Positions 1-8,667 of a DNA stretch of 64,000 bases are shown here, in pieces; position 1 is the stretch's first letter, and every line of letters begins with the position of its first letter. Position numbers and translations under genes: made by a program. Source of the stretch: Sphingobacteriales bacterium (GTDB lineage Bacteria > Bacteroidota > Bacteroidia > AKYH767-A > OLB10); the NCBI GenBank assembly GCA_021299095.1, contig JAJTFW010000014.1:9101-73100 (forward strand), given 5' to 3'. The notes below the pieces were generated by a model, which ran no database searches, was not told the DNA's origin, and saw nothing but the letters and a program-made list of their open reading frames with translations.

Positions 1-5
1 GCGGC

Positions 6-1934
6 ATGGCCCCTGTACCAAAGGCGGTATTCACACCCTCCGACCCTGTTCTCATGACTATCTCTGGTGAGAACGTAACCATTTCCGAATTCGATCGGGT
101 ATTCAGAAAAAACAACCGGGATACCGTATTCACTGAAAAATCAGTTCGTGAATACATGGACCTATATATCAACTACAAGCTCAAGGTCCGGGAGGCTGAA
201 ACACTTCAAATGGATACGAGTGAAACCTTCAAGTCGGAACTTGCTGGCTACCGTAAGCAACTTGCGCAGCCCTACCTGAATGACAAGGAGGTTGGTGAGC
301 AACTGATTCGGGAGGCCTACGATCGACTGAATAAAGACGTGCGTGCCAGCCATATCTTGATTCGCCTCGATGCGGAGGCCCTTCCAAAAGACACGCTCAA
401 TGTGTACAATCGCATCATGAAAATCCGTGATATGGTCATGAAGGGTGCGGACTTCGCGAAAGTCGCCCGAGACTCCTCTGAGGATCCATCTGCAAAGGAT
501 AACAGTGGCGATCTGGGTTATTTTACTGGAATGCAAATGGTATATCCGTTTGAGACGGTAGCCTATTCAACCAAGCCCGGAAGTGTATCAATGCCTGTGC
601 GCACTCGTTTTGGATTTCATATCATAAAGGTGGTTGACGTACGTGCTGCACAGGGCGAACTCCGTGTCGCACACATCATGATCCGTGCGGCCAAGGATGC
701 AGGTGATAGTGCCATGGCTGCTGCCAACGCACGTATTTTAGATGTTAAGAAAGCCCTTGCCGGCGGTATGCCCTGGGATTCGGCCGTGAGTAAATACAGT
801 GAAGACAAAGGTTCTGCTCGTAAAGGTGGAGAGCTTCCCTGGTTTGGAACAGGCCGCATGGTTCCCGAATTCGAGAAAGCTGCTTTTCAATTGAAGAACA
901 TCGGTGATATGAGTGATGTAGTCAAGACAACTTATGGTTATCATCTGATTAAACTTCTTGAAAAACGCGGTGTACCTTCTTTTGATGAAAAGAAAGCTGA
1001 ACTCAAGCAAATGATAGCCCGAGACAGCCGCAATGAGGCCAGTAAGTCGAGCATGATAGCCAAAATTAAAAAGCGCTATACGTTCAAAGACATACGCGCC
1101 AATTTGGATGAATTCGTCAACGCACTGGATACATCCCTGCTAGCAGGTGAATGGGAACTTACCCGTGTATCCAAATTCTCCAAATACTTGTTTACCCTTA
1201 CGGACTCAGGCGCTGCTCCTCAACTGTATACCCAGCAGGACTTTGCCAAATACATCGCCTCACATCAAACCAAGCGTAGCGGCTCTACTCCTCAGGCTGT
1301 TGGTTACAGCATGTACGATCAGTGGGTAGGCGAAACCTGCCTTTCATTTTATGAAGCCCGCCTCGACAACCTATTCCCTGATTTCCGCAACCTGATGAAA
1401 GAGTACCGCGATGGAATCCTGTTGTTCGACCTGACAGACAAAATGGTTTGGAGTAAGGCAGTGAAAGACACTTCAGGACTTGAGGCCTACTATGACCAGA
1501 ACAAGAACAACTACTTGTGGGGCGAGCGTTACGATGCTGTCGTTTATTCATCCAAGGATAATAAAGCACTGACTGAGCTTAAAAAACAACTGGTTAGAGG
1601 AAAAAAACCCGTGCCTGACATCTTGCTATCTGTCAATAAATCAGCAACAGACCCAATCGTTCAGAAAGAAGCACGATTTGCAAAAGGTGAAAACGAAATG
1701 GTAGACGCCTCTATGGGCAAAACAGGTGCGGGCGAACTGATTCAACGAAACGACGTTTGGTATCTGGTGGATGTGAAACAAGCTATTCCGGTTGGACCAA
1801 AATCAGTTGATGAAGCCAGGGGCTTGATCACGGCTGACTATCAAAACTACCTGGAGAAAAATTGGATCAGCTCCTTGAAGGCAAAGTATGCTGTTTCAGT
1901 TGATCAGAACGTGCTCTCCAAGATGTGGAAATAA
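6..1934 (+). CDS. PpiC/parvulin-type peptidyl-prolyl isomerase (PpiD/SurA-like envelope chaperone), probably 5'-partial
   Basis: 642-aa ORF with two parvulin modules (VRASHILIRL..GDLGYFTGMQMVYPFE..FGFHIIKV and LRVAHIMIRA..GGELPWFGTGRMVPEFE..YGYHLIKL). There is no signal peptide after the listed Met and the frame stays open to nt 1, so the true start probably lies upstream of the window. Confidence 0.8.
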   Translation: MAPVPKAVFTPSDPVLMTISGENVTISEFDRVFRKNNRDTVFTEKSVREYMDLYINYKLKVREAETLQMDTSETFKSELAGYRKQLAQPYLNDKEVGEQLIREAYDRLNKDVRASHILIRLDAEALPKDTLNVYNRIMKIRDMVMKGADFAKVARDSSEDPSAKDNSGDLGYFTGMQMVYPFETVAYSTKPGSVSMPVRTRFGFHIIKVVDVRAAQGELRVAHIMIRAAKDAGDSAMAAANARILDVKKALAGGMPWDSAVSKYSEDKGSARKGGELPWFGTGRMVPEFEKAAFQLKNIGDMSDVVKTTYGYHLIKLLEKRGVPSFDEKKAELKQMIARDSRNEASKSSMIAKIKKRYTFKDIRANLDEFVNALDTSLLAGEWELTRVSKFSKYLFTLTDSGAAPQLYTQQDFAKYIASHQTKRSGSTPQAVGYSMYDQWVGETCLSFYEARLDNLFPDFRNLMKEYRDGILLFDLTDKMVWSKAVKDTSGLEAYYDQNKNNYLWGERYDAVVYSSKDNKALTELKKQLVRGKKPVPDILLSVNKSATDPIVQKEARFAKGENEMVDASMGKTGAGELIQRNDVWYLVDVKQAIPVGPKSVDEARGLITADYQNYLEKNWISSLKAKYAVSVDQNVLSKMWK

Positions 1935-1943
1935 TCTGAGGAC

Positions 1944-2855
1944 TTGTTTAACCGCTTATTAAAGAAATCATACGGATACATCACCCCTGCTTTCGGGGTG
2001 ATGTTTCTGTTTTTGTGTCTTATCGTTTTCCTTCAGGCCTGTAAGTCGGGCGACTCAAAATCAGCTGCCGATGAGCGTGTTATTGCAAGGGTTTACGATC
2101 AAGTGTTGTACGCGGCCGATCTGAAAAACTTGGTCCCTCCGGGATCTACCCCTGCCGATTCTCTCGCCCTGGTACGACAGTTTGTACAGAACTGGACCCG
2201 TCAACAGGCGGTTTTGCACAAGGCAGAAGAGAATCTTCAGGATGAAATGGAAGATGTGGAAGCCAGACTTGAAGAGTACCGAAATTCACTCATAACCTAT
2301 GCATATGAAAGTGAACTGATTCGTCAAAAGCTGGATACGACTGTCAGTGAATCAGAAATCAAGACTTTTTATGAGGCCAACCCTGGCAACTTCATGTTGA
2401 AGAACAACATTGTTCAGGTCAATTATTTCAAATTGCCAAACAATGCTCCTAAGCTTCAAAAAGTCCGCACCTTGTACAGGAGTTCTCAGGCCCGTGACCT
2501 GAAAAGTTTGGAAGAGTATTGCTACCAGTTTGCAACCGAATATTACTTCAATGACGAGGAATGGCTTTTGTTTGAAGACTTGGTCAAGAAGGTTCCATTA
2601 CAAACCTATAACCAGGAACAGTTTCTGCGAAACAACCGATTTATCGAAATTCCCGATTCAGCCGGGATCTATTTTGTAAACATCAAGGGATTCAAAATAA
2701 AAGAAAGCCCTTCTCCCCTTACCTTCGAACAGGACAATATCCGGAACCTGATCTTGAACAAGCGAAAACTTGAATTGATCAGCGCCATGGAAAACGATGC
2801 CTACCAAGATGCACTACGACTTCAGGAAATTGAAACCTGGTTACCAAAGCCTTAA
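1944..2855 (+). CDS. hypothetical lipoprotein between two PPIase genes
   Basis: 303-aa ORF with a hydrophobic N-terminus ending in a lipobox-like LQAC. It starts 9 nt after the upstream stop. The listed start is TTG; GTG 1998 and ATG 2001 are alternatives. No catalytic motif recognised. Confidence 0.5.
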   Translation: MFNRLLKKSYGYITPAFGVMFLFLCLIVFLQACKSGDSKSAADERVIARVYDQVLYAADLKNLVPPGSTPADSLALVRQFVQNWTRQQAVLHKAEENLQDEMEDVEARLEEYRNSLITYAYESELIRQKLDTTVSESEIKTFYEANPGNFMLKNNIVQVNYFKLPNNAPKLQKVRTLYRSSQARDLKSLEEYCYQFATEYYFNDEEWLLFEDLVKKVPLQTYNQEQFLRNNRFIEIPDSAGIYFVNIKGFKIKESPSPLTFEQDNIRNLILNKRKLELISAMENDAYQDALRLQEIETWLPKP

Positions 2856-4203
2856 TTGGCTCCTCTTCTTTCTGTTCCTGAACCTTTCCGTTTGGGCACA
2901 ACCTACCTCTGTCCCAGCCAATGTCGTTGACCAGGTAATAGCAGTTGTAGGTAATGAAGTCGTTCTTCTCTCTGACCTTGAGGCTCAAACACAGCAAATG
3001 ATGTCGCAAACAAACCTGCGCGGAGATGAACTCAGGTGCAGGGTGATTGATCAGCTCTTGTTAAATAAACTACTGCTTCATCATGCCGAAGTGGACAGTG
3101 TGACGGTCAGTGAGGATCAGGTCGAACAGAAAATCAATCAAAACATGGCCTACTATATTCAGCAGGTCGGATCGGTCGAGAAACTTGAGCAATACTATGG
3201 TAAGACACTGGCTGAATTGAAGGATGAATTCAAGCCCATCATCCGGGATCAACTACTGATTCAGCAAATGCAGTCAAAGCTAACTTCATCCATTACAGCT
3301 TCTCCTGCGGATGTGAAGCATTTCTTTGACGCAATTCCCGAGGACAGTCTACCCTTGATTAACGCTGAAATGGAATATGCACAAGTTCTTCTTAAAGTTC
3401 CCTTCAGCAACGACTCGAAACGCGCTGCCCGAGAGCAACTCGATGCACTGCGTCAACGAATTGTAAATGGGGAGGATTTCAACACCTTAGCAATCCTGTA
3501 TTCTCAAGATAAGGAAAGCGCCAAGCAGGGCGGCGAACTCGGATTTGTAAACCGTGGTGACCTTGTTCCGGAATTTGAAGCAGTAGCCTTCAAGCTGAGC
3601 AACACAACGGATGTCTCCCCTATTGTCGAATCTCCGTTCGGGTTCCATATCATTCAATTGATCGAACGTCGTGGTGAACGTATTAATTGTCGCCACATCC
3701 TAATCAGGGCCCAGGTTCAACCTGAGGATGTAACCAACACACAAACGAAGGCGGATAGCATTGCCACAGCGATTCGGTCCGGAAACCTCTCTTTTGAGGA
3801 TGCTTCCTTGAAATACTCGGATGATAAGGACACCAAAAACAATGGAGGACTTGTCATGAACCCTGCTACAGGATCAACTCGCTTCGAATCTGAGATGATG
3901 GAACCCCTGGTTCTGTTTCAACTAGACAAGCTCCAGGTCGGAGAGATCACGAATCCCATCTATGCAACTACTCGTGAAGGTGACCAAATTTATCGTATCA
4001 TCAAGTTAAAAAGTCGCACCTTGCCTCACCGCTTGAACATACGCGATGACTATCAGCGGCTGCAGGAATTGGCACAGGCCGATAAGCAGAATCGCACACT
4101 GGAGCAATGGCGGAACAAAAAGAAGGGAATAACGTACATACGGATTGCCGATGAAATCCGGTCTTGCGAAAACCTCAAAGACTGGCTTCCAAAAACACCC
4201 TGA
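2797..4203 (+). CDS. surA: SurA-type periplasmic chaperone / peptidyl-prolyl isomerase
   Basis: Signal peptide LNWLLFFLFLNLSVWAQ, a long N-terminal chaperone region, then two parvulin modules (GGELGFVNRGDLVPEFE..FGFHIIQLIE and INCRHILIRA..NNGGLVMN). The start is 2797 or 2809, overlapping the upstream gene. Confidence 0.85.
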   Translation: MPTKMHYDFRKLKPGYQSLNWLLFFLFLNLSVWAQPTSVPANVVDQVIAVVGNEVVLLSDLEAQTQQMMSQTNLRGDELRCRVIDQLLLNKLLLHHAEVDSVTVSEDQVEQKINQNMAYYIQQVGSVEKLEQYYGKTLAELKDEFKPIIRDQLLIQQMQSKLTSSITASPADVKHFFDAIPEDSLPLINAEMEYAQVLLKVPFSNDSKRAAREQLDALRQRIVNGEDFNTLAILYSQDKESAKQGGELGFVNRGDLVPEFEAVAFKLSNTTDVSPIVESPFGFHIIQLIERRGERINCRHILIRAQVQPEDVTNTQTKADSIATAIRSGNLSFEDASLKYSDDKDTKNNGGLVMNPATGSTRFESEMMEPLVLFQLDKLQVGEITNPIYATTREGDQIYRIIKLKSRTLPHRLNIRDDYQRLQELAQADKQNRTLEQWRNKKKGITYIRIADEIRSCENLKDWLPKTP

Positions 4204-4221
4204 TAAAGACTGATTCAAACT

Positions 4222-5196
4222 ATGAACAAGAACTTTTCGAACGACGTTGAAGCGGCCAATGGATTAAGAACCACTTACCAGGATCTTCGCGCCGAGATTT
4301 CAAAGGTCATTATTGGCCAGGACCAAGTCGTTAAAGACTCCCTGATTTCCATATTCTCCAATGGTCACTGTCTGCTTGTCGGTGTTCCAGGTCTCGCAAA
4401 GACACTTCTGGTGAATACCATCGCGAGAGTATTAGGCCTCAGTTACAACCGCATTCAGTTCACCCCCGATCTGATGCCAAGCGATATCATCGGTACAGAG
4501 ATACTTGATGAGACCAGGCAGTTTCGATTCGTGAAAGGACCACTTTTTGCAAATATCATTCTGGCTGATGAAATCAACCGGACACCTCCAAAGACGCAAT
4601 CTGCGCTGCTTGAAGCCATGCAGGAACGTGCTGTAACCGCAGCTGGTAAACGCTATGAACTTCCCGCACCATTTTTTGTACTGGCAACCCAGAACCCAAT
4701 TGAACAGGAGGGTACCTATCCACTTCCTGAAGCACAGCTGGATCGTTTTATGTTCAATGTGACCCTTGACTATCCAAGCCTAGAGGAAGAATTGCAGGTC
4801 GTTCGAAACACCACATCTGATTATTCAGCCTCACTGAAGACCGTTATCACGGCTGAGGAAATCCTGTACTACCAACAATTGATTCGTAGGATTCCAGTCC
4901 CCGATAATGTGTTACGCTATGCTGTGACACTTAGTGCTCGTACCAGACCACAGACAGAGGGAGCAGCCTCAATCACCAATGAGTACCTCAGCTGGGGTGC
5001 AGGTCCAAGAGCAAGCCAGTTTCTTGTTGTTGGTGCAAAGTGTCATGCCGTTTTGAGTGGCAAATATTCACCTGATATTGAAGATGTCAAGGCGATTGCG
5101 CCTGCTATCCTTCGACACAGAATCGTTAAGAATTTCAAGGCAGAGGCTGAAGGGATGAGTGTGGAAAACATCATTCGTGAGCTTTTAAACGCTTAA
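4222..5196 (+). CDS. MoxR-family AAA+ ATPase
   Basis: Walker A GVPGLAKT, Walker B ILADEINR, ATQNPIEQEGTYPLPEAQLDRF sensor region, about 320 aa as typical for MoxR. Confidence 0.9.
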   Translation: MNKNFSNDVEAANGLRTTYQDLRAEISKVIIGQDQVVKDSLISIFSNGHCLLVGVPGLAKTLLVNTIARVLGLSYNRIQFTPDLMPSDIIGTEILDETRQFRFVKGPLFANIILADEINRTPPKTQSALLEAMQERAVTAAGKRYELPAPFFVLATQNPIEQEGTYPLPEAQLDRFMFNVTLDYPSLEEELQVVRNTTSDYSASLKTVITAEEILYYQQLIRRIPVPDNVLRYAVTLSARTRPQTEGAASITNEYLSWGAGPRASQFLVVGAKCHAVLSGKYSPDIEDVKAIAPAILRHRIVKNFKAEAEGMSVENIIRELLNA

Positions 5197-5215
5197 TTTT
5201 CTAGAGTATTATCAA

Positions 5216-5251
5216 AATCAGCTCCTGTGACTTTGGTTGCGGGAGCTGATT
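5216..5251 (+). terminator. stem-loop after the MoxR gene
   Basis: Perfect 10-bp inverted repeat AATCAGCTCC (5216-5225) / GGAGCTGATT (5242-5251), 20 nt after the stop. The downstream region is T-rich (CTTATTTTTG). Confidence 0.5.
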
Positions 5252-5262
5252 CCATTTAGGCT

Positions 5263-5270
5263 TATTTTTG
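5263..5270 (+). promoter_or_regulatory. Bacteroidota -7 box candidate (TAnnTTTG) for trxB
   Basis: TATTTTTG lies 21 nt upstream of ATG 5292. Motif match only. Confidence 0.3.
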
Positions 5271-5291
5271 CTTCCTACATTCTTTCATACC

Positions 5292-6227
5292 ATGACCACT
5301 GAACACGTACACCTTCTCATCATCGGATCCGGTCCTGCCGGTTATACAGCTGCCATATATGCTGCCCGAGCAGATTTGAAGCCTGTGTTATACCAAGGCC
5401 TACAACCCGGCGGACAACTCACCATAACAACAGAAGTCGAGAATTATCCCGGGTATCCCGAAGGTGTTCAAGGCCCTGAAATGATGATTGATTTTGAAAA
5501 ACAAGCCAAGCGATTCGGAGCAGACATCCGTTTCGGATATGCCACATCGGTCGATTTTTCAGGCCTCAAAAAGAAGGTTATCATCGATGAAAACCATACC
5601 ATTGAAGCTGATGCGGTCATTATAGCTACCGGTGCAAGTGCCAAATGGCTTGGCCTTGACTCTGAGAAACGACTGAATGGCTTCGGAGTCAGTGCCTGCG
5701 CAGTGTGTGATGGTTTCTTTTTTAGGGGTCAGGATGTAGCCATCGTAGGCGCAGGTGACACTGCGGCTGAGGAAGCGAGCTACTTGGCTAAGCTTTGCCG
5801 TAAAGTTTACATGCTGGTCAGGAAAGGTGAAATGCGCGCCAGTAAGGCAATGCAGCATAGGGTCTTGAACACAGCGAACATTGAGGTACTGTTCAACCAT
5901 GAAACGGTCGAAATTCTTGGTGAAAAAGGTGTTACGGGCGTTAAGGTTCGCAACAACACAGACCAGACCGAGAAAGTGCTAGATGTGACTGGTTTTTTTG
6001 TTGCCATAGGTCACGACCCCAACACGGCTATTTTCCGTGGACAACTTGAGTTTGATGAAAATGGGTACATTAAAACAAAACCTGGATCAACCTACACGAG
6101 CGCTCAAGGTGTTTTTGCTGCTGGCGATGTTCAAGATCATGTCTACAGACAAGCGGTTACAGCTGCGGGTACTGGCTGCATGGCAGCTCTTGACGCAGAG
6201 CGTTGGCTGGCTGCTGGGGGGCATTAA
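5292..6227 (+). CDS. trxB: thioredoxin-disulfide reductase
   Basis: FAD motif IIGSGPAGYTAA, redox-active CAVCDG, NADPH motif VGAGDTAAEEA, C-terminal GVFAAGDV. The ATG at 5292 is preferred over the TTG at 5268 listed in the track. Confidence 0.93.
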   Translation: MTTEHVHLLIIGSGPAGYTAAIYAARADLKPVLYQGLQPGGQLTITTEVENYPGYPEGVQGPEMMIDFEKQAKRFGADIRFGYATSVDFSGLKKKVIIDENHTIEADAVIIATGASAKWLGLDSEKRLNGFGVSACAVCDGFFFRGQDVAIVGAGDTAAEEASYLAKLCRKVYMLVRKGEMRASKAMQHRVLNTANIEVLFNHETVEILGEKGVTGVKVRNNTDQTEKVLDVTGFFVAIGHDPNTAIFRGQLEFDENGYIKTKPGSTYTSAQGVFAAGDVQDHVYRQAVTAAGTGCMAALDAERWLAAGGH

Positions 6228-6438
6228 GCCTTCATTCAGTATGCGGGTTCATTAGGCCCGCGCAAGAGAGAACAGAGACGAATAACCAACTGCTGTCCAA
6301 CGAATGATTGCCTGATTTAGCAGGGGGCCGCCACTCCTCCTCCCCGAGGCAAACTTATCGATTGAACTTATTCACTCCAAGACCCCACCCCTCATTATCC
6401 GTCTACAAACGCTTCGCATCTTGGACCCTGTTTACCAT

Positions 6439-6936
6439 TCAGCCCACCCTACCCTCAAACCCTAAAATCCGTCGCAGATAGTTTAACTGCCCCGTGTGTC
6501 TTGATAAATGTGTCGACAGTTGCATTAGAAAAAAACCAACAGGTCTCCCCTTGTGATGTGGTGGTGTACCTGGCATTTCCAATTCAAGCATTTCTGGACT
6601 CAGTTTGTCAAACGCTTGCTCCAACGCAAGTAGAGTGACCCTTACCATGTGGTACACTTCTTTTTTACTGATGGGTTCCCCCGAAAATTCCCTGTCCCTG
6701 TCACGCTTGTAACCGTCTTGTCCCAAAATTGCTCCGATGAAATGACGCAGGTTCCCACAAAGGTGAACAATCAATGTACCTGCACTGTTCGTTATTCCAG
6801 GCAATGTTTTCCAGAGTTGTTCTTCAGGAATTTGATCCAATTCATCAATTAGGACCCCCACATCACGGAGTATGATGTGCTTCACATCGGTTATGAAACC
6901 GACTTCTTCTTTCCTGACAATGCTTTTTGGGTTCAT
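6439..6936 (-). CDS. DinB-family (DinB_2-like) metal-dependent protein
   Basis: 165 aa with His-containing helix motifs HLCGNLRHFIG and HLSRHTGQL, typical of the DinB four-helix-bundle family. Its ATG overlaps the upstream stop (ATGA at 6933-6936). Confidence 0.7.
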   Translation of the reverse strand: MNPKSIVRKEEVGFITDVKHIILRDVGVLIDELDQIPEEQLWKTLPGITNSAGTLIVHLCGNLRHFIGAILGQDGYKRDRDREFSGEPISKKEVYHMVRVTLLALEQAFDKLSPEMLELEMPGTPPHHKGRPVGFFLMQLSTHLSRHTGQLNYLRRILGFEGRVG

Positions 6937-7901
6937 GCGCGAGTTGCATCAAGTAAATAAAGGCTTTCTGACCAAACTGCTTCTGTTTTGGCATCAATCT
7001 TCCGGATGGATTCGTCGGACAATTGTGTCTCCCAATCGTTGGTTTTACCTGCGCGAAAAAAGGTGTTCGGATTGAAGTGGAATGATCCTGGATTTTCCAT
7101 TATACCTTGTTTCATGGTATTGAATTCAGTACTTGACACCACATTTTCTATCTGCGACCGACTGAGCATGCGGTTCCCTGAAAGAAAGGAATTGATTGCA
7201 ACGGCTTTTCTGAATTTGTCCTGAACAAGATCCTCATAATGCAATGTGAGCAACTGTCCGGGCTCTATTAACCCCATGCATCCCATCATCCATTCGCTGG
7301 TGTGTTGGTGATAATCTCCAAAGTACAAGTTCCCTGAAAGGAATAGGTCTACAAATGTATTTATATCAATGTTGTCTGGAAAGCCCAACAAGGGATGGGA
7401 TTTGTAGAAGTAAAATTGAGAGACAGCTGCACCTTTGGGATCACGGAAAGTGAAAATGAATTTTGTTTTAGGATGTATACTCCGAAATGGAAGATCCCTG
7501 GGATCACAGTGTGTGTACCAAACTCTGGGCTGTCCCTTTGTGGCCGCTAAATGATCTTCAAAGGCTTTCAATCCAAATTGTGATACCATGACTTCTGGCC
7601 ATGGAACGGTGGCATGTCCGATATCGCCAGCGTCCATTCCGCTCTGGCTCGGATATGTATTTGCTTGTCGAAGAATTTCAACAACAAACTTTTTGGTTAA
7701 ATGTGTTCCTACTTTTTGGTGGGTACAAATGAAAATATCGTTTTCATCCGTGTCCCATACCGCTCGCAATAGCTCTATACTTTGGCTGTTAATGAAAGGT
7801 GGAATGACCCTGTCGGATGAATAATTGCAGATCATTCCATTGGGAAGTATCGCACCTTCAGGCCCAAGAATTTTGAAGTGAGGTTTATTGGTAGGTTTCA
7901 T
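6933..7901 (-). CDS. Sulfotransfer_1-type (cytosolic SULT-like) PAPS-dependent sulfotransferase
   Basis: DIFICTHQKVGTHL corresponds to the 5'-PSB loop (PKSGTTW position), FIFTFRDPKGAAVS to the 3'-PB motif (RNPKD position), and HYEDL..FFRAGKTNDWETQLS to the C-terminal RKG.xGDWKN motif. Confidence 0.75.
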   Translation of the reverse strand: MKPTNKPHFKILGPEGAILPNGMICNYSSDRVIPPFINSQSIELLRAVWDTDENDIFICTHQKVGTHLTKKFVVEILRQANTYPSQSGMDAGDIGHATVPWPEVMVSQFGLKAFEDHLAATKGQPRVWYTHCDPRDLPFRSIHPKTKFIFTFRDPKGAAVSQFYFYKSHPLLGFPDNIDINTFVDLFLSGNLYFGDYHQHTSEWMMGCMGLIEPGQLLTLHYEDLVQDKFRKAVAINSFLSGNRMLSRSQIENVVSSTEFNTMKQGIMENPGSFHFNPNTFFRAGKTNDWETQLSDESIRKIDAKTEAVWSESLYLLDATRA

Positions 7902-7941
7902 GGCAGTGTTATTTTGAAGTTATTTAACTACTGACTTGTAT

Positions 7942-8583
7942 TTAGAGATGAGCAACGAGAAGACCACATTCTGTTTCTATGATTTCATGTGGGATAGCTT
8001 CTTGATCAAACCAGTCCAGAAAATCTTGGCATTCAATTTTCCGATCTGTTACATTGTCAGCTACTAACATTGCTCCCTTTCCAATTAGTCCGTGATGAAT
8101 GAGCAACATCAATTGGTTATAGTATTGGTTCTTCTGTGCATCGAAAAAAACCAAGTCGAATGAACCACTAAGACGGGGTATGGTTTGATTTGCGTCTCCC
8201 CAAATCACCTCGACAGGTGCGGCACAACGATCCATTCTTTCTTGCGTGGATTTTGCTACTTCAGGGTCAAATTCAAGCGTATGAATACGAGCTCCCTGGG
8301 CAGTTAATCCCTGAGCAAGGTAGAGTGTCGATAATCCATGACCCGTGCCGATTTCAAGGATCCGGCTGGGATCAGAGTCGCGTACAAGCTTTGTTAAAAT
8401 TGGACCTGTGTCTCCTCTGACTGGATTTCTCCAACCATATCTCCCATGGCTGTCGGAATAGCTCTCCCCTTGTTTGCTCATTCGTTCGAGCTCGAGGATC
8501 TGATCAAGGTATTGTTCTGTCGTTGCGGCGGAAGTGTAGGTAGTGTTCATGTTTGCAAAGGAGCTTCGATTTTGTGCGCTCAT
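7942..8583 (-). CDS. class I SAM-dependent (family-3-like O-) methyltransferase
   Basis: SAM motif I ILEIGTGHGLSTLYLA, LEFDPE acidic loop, FDLVFFDAQK. The start is moved to ATG 8583 (or 8550) because the track start at 8685 overlaps mnmE. Confidence 0.7.
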   Translation of the reverse strand: MSAQNRSSFANMNTTYTSAATTEQYLDQILELERMSKQGESYSDSHGRYGWRNPVRGDTGPILTKLVRDSDPSRILEIGTGHGLSTLYLAQGLTAQGARIHTLEFDPEVAKSTQERMDRCAAPVEVIWGDANQTIPRLSGSFDLVFFDAQKNQYYNQLMLLIHHGLIGKGAMLVADNVTDRKIECQDFLDWFDQEAIPHEIIETECGLLVAHL

Positions 8584-8654
8584 CAAGTTCAAATCATCCC
8601 CTATTCGGGTGATTTGGATTAAGCTATAGGCGTCGGCGCTGCCTTCCGCCGTCT

Positions 8655-8662
8655 TATCTTTG
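8655..8662 (+). promoter_or_regulatory. -7 box candidate (TAnnTTTG) for mnmE
   Basis: TATCTTTG ends 5 nt before ATG 8668. Motif match only. Confidence 0.3.
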
Positions 8663-8667
8663 TCATT

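Noticed and set aside
6243-6261. A GCGGG..CCCGC hairpin after trxB, and the 211-nt non-coding gap 6228-6438.
   Set aside because: The stem is only 5 bp and has no U-tract. I found no ORF, repeat or known RNA motif in the gap, so the support is insufficient to call a terminator or sRNA.
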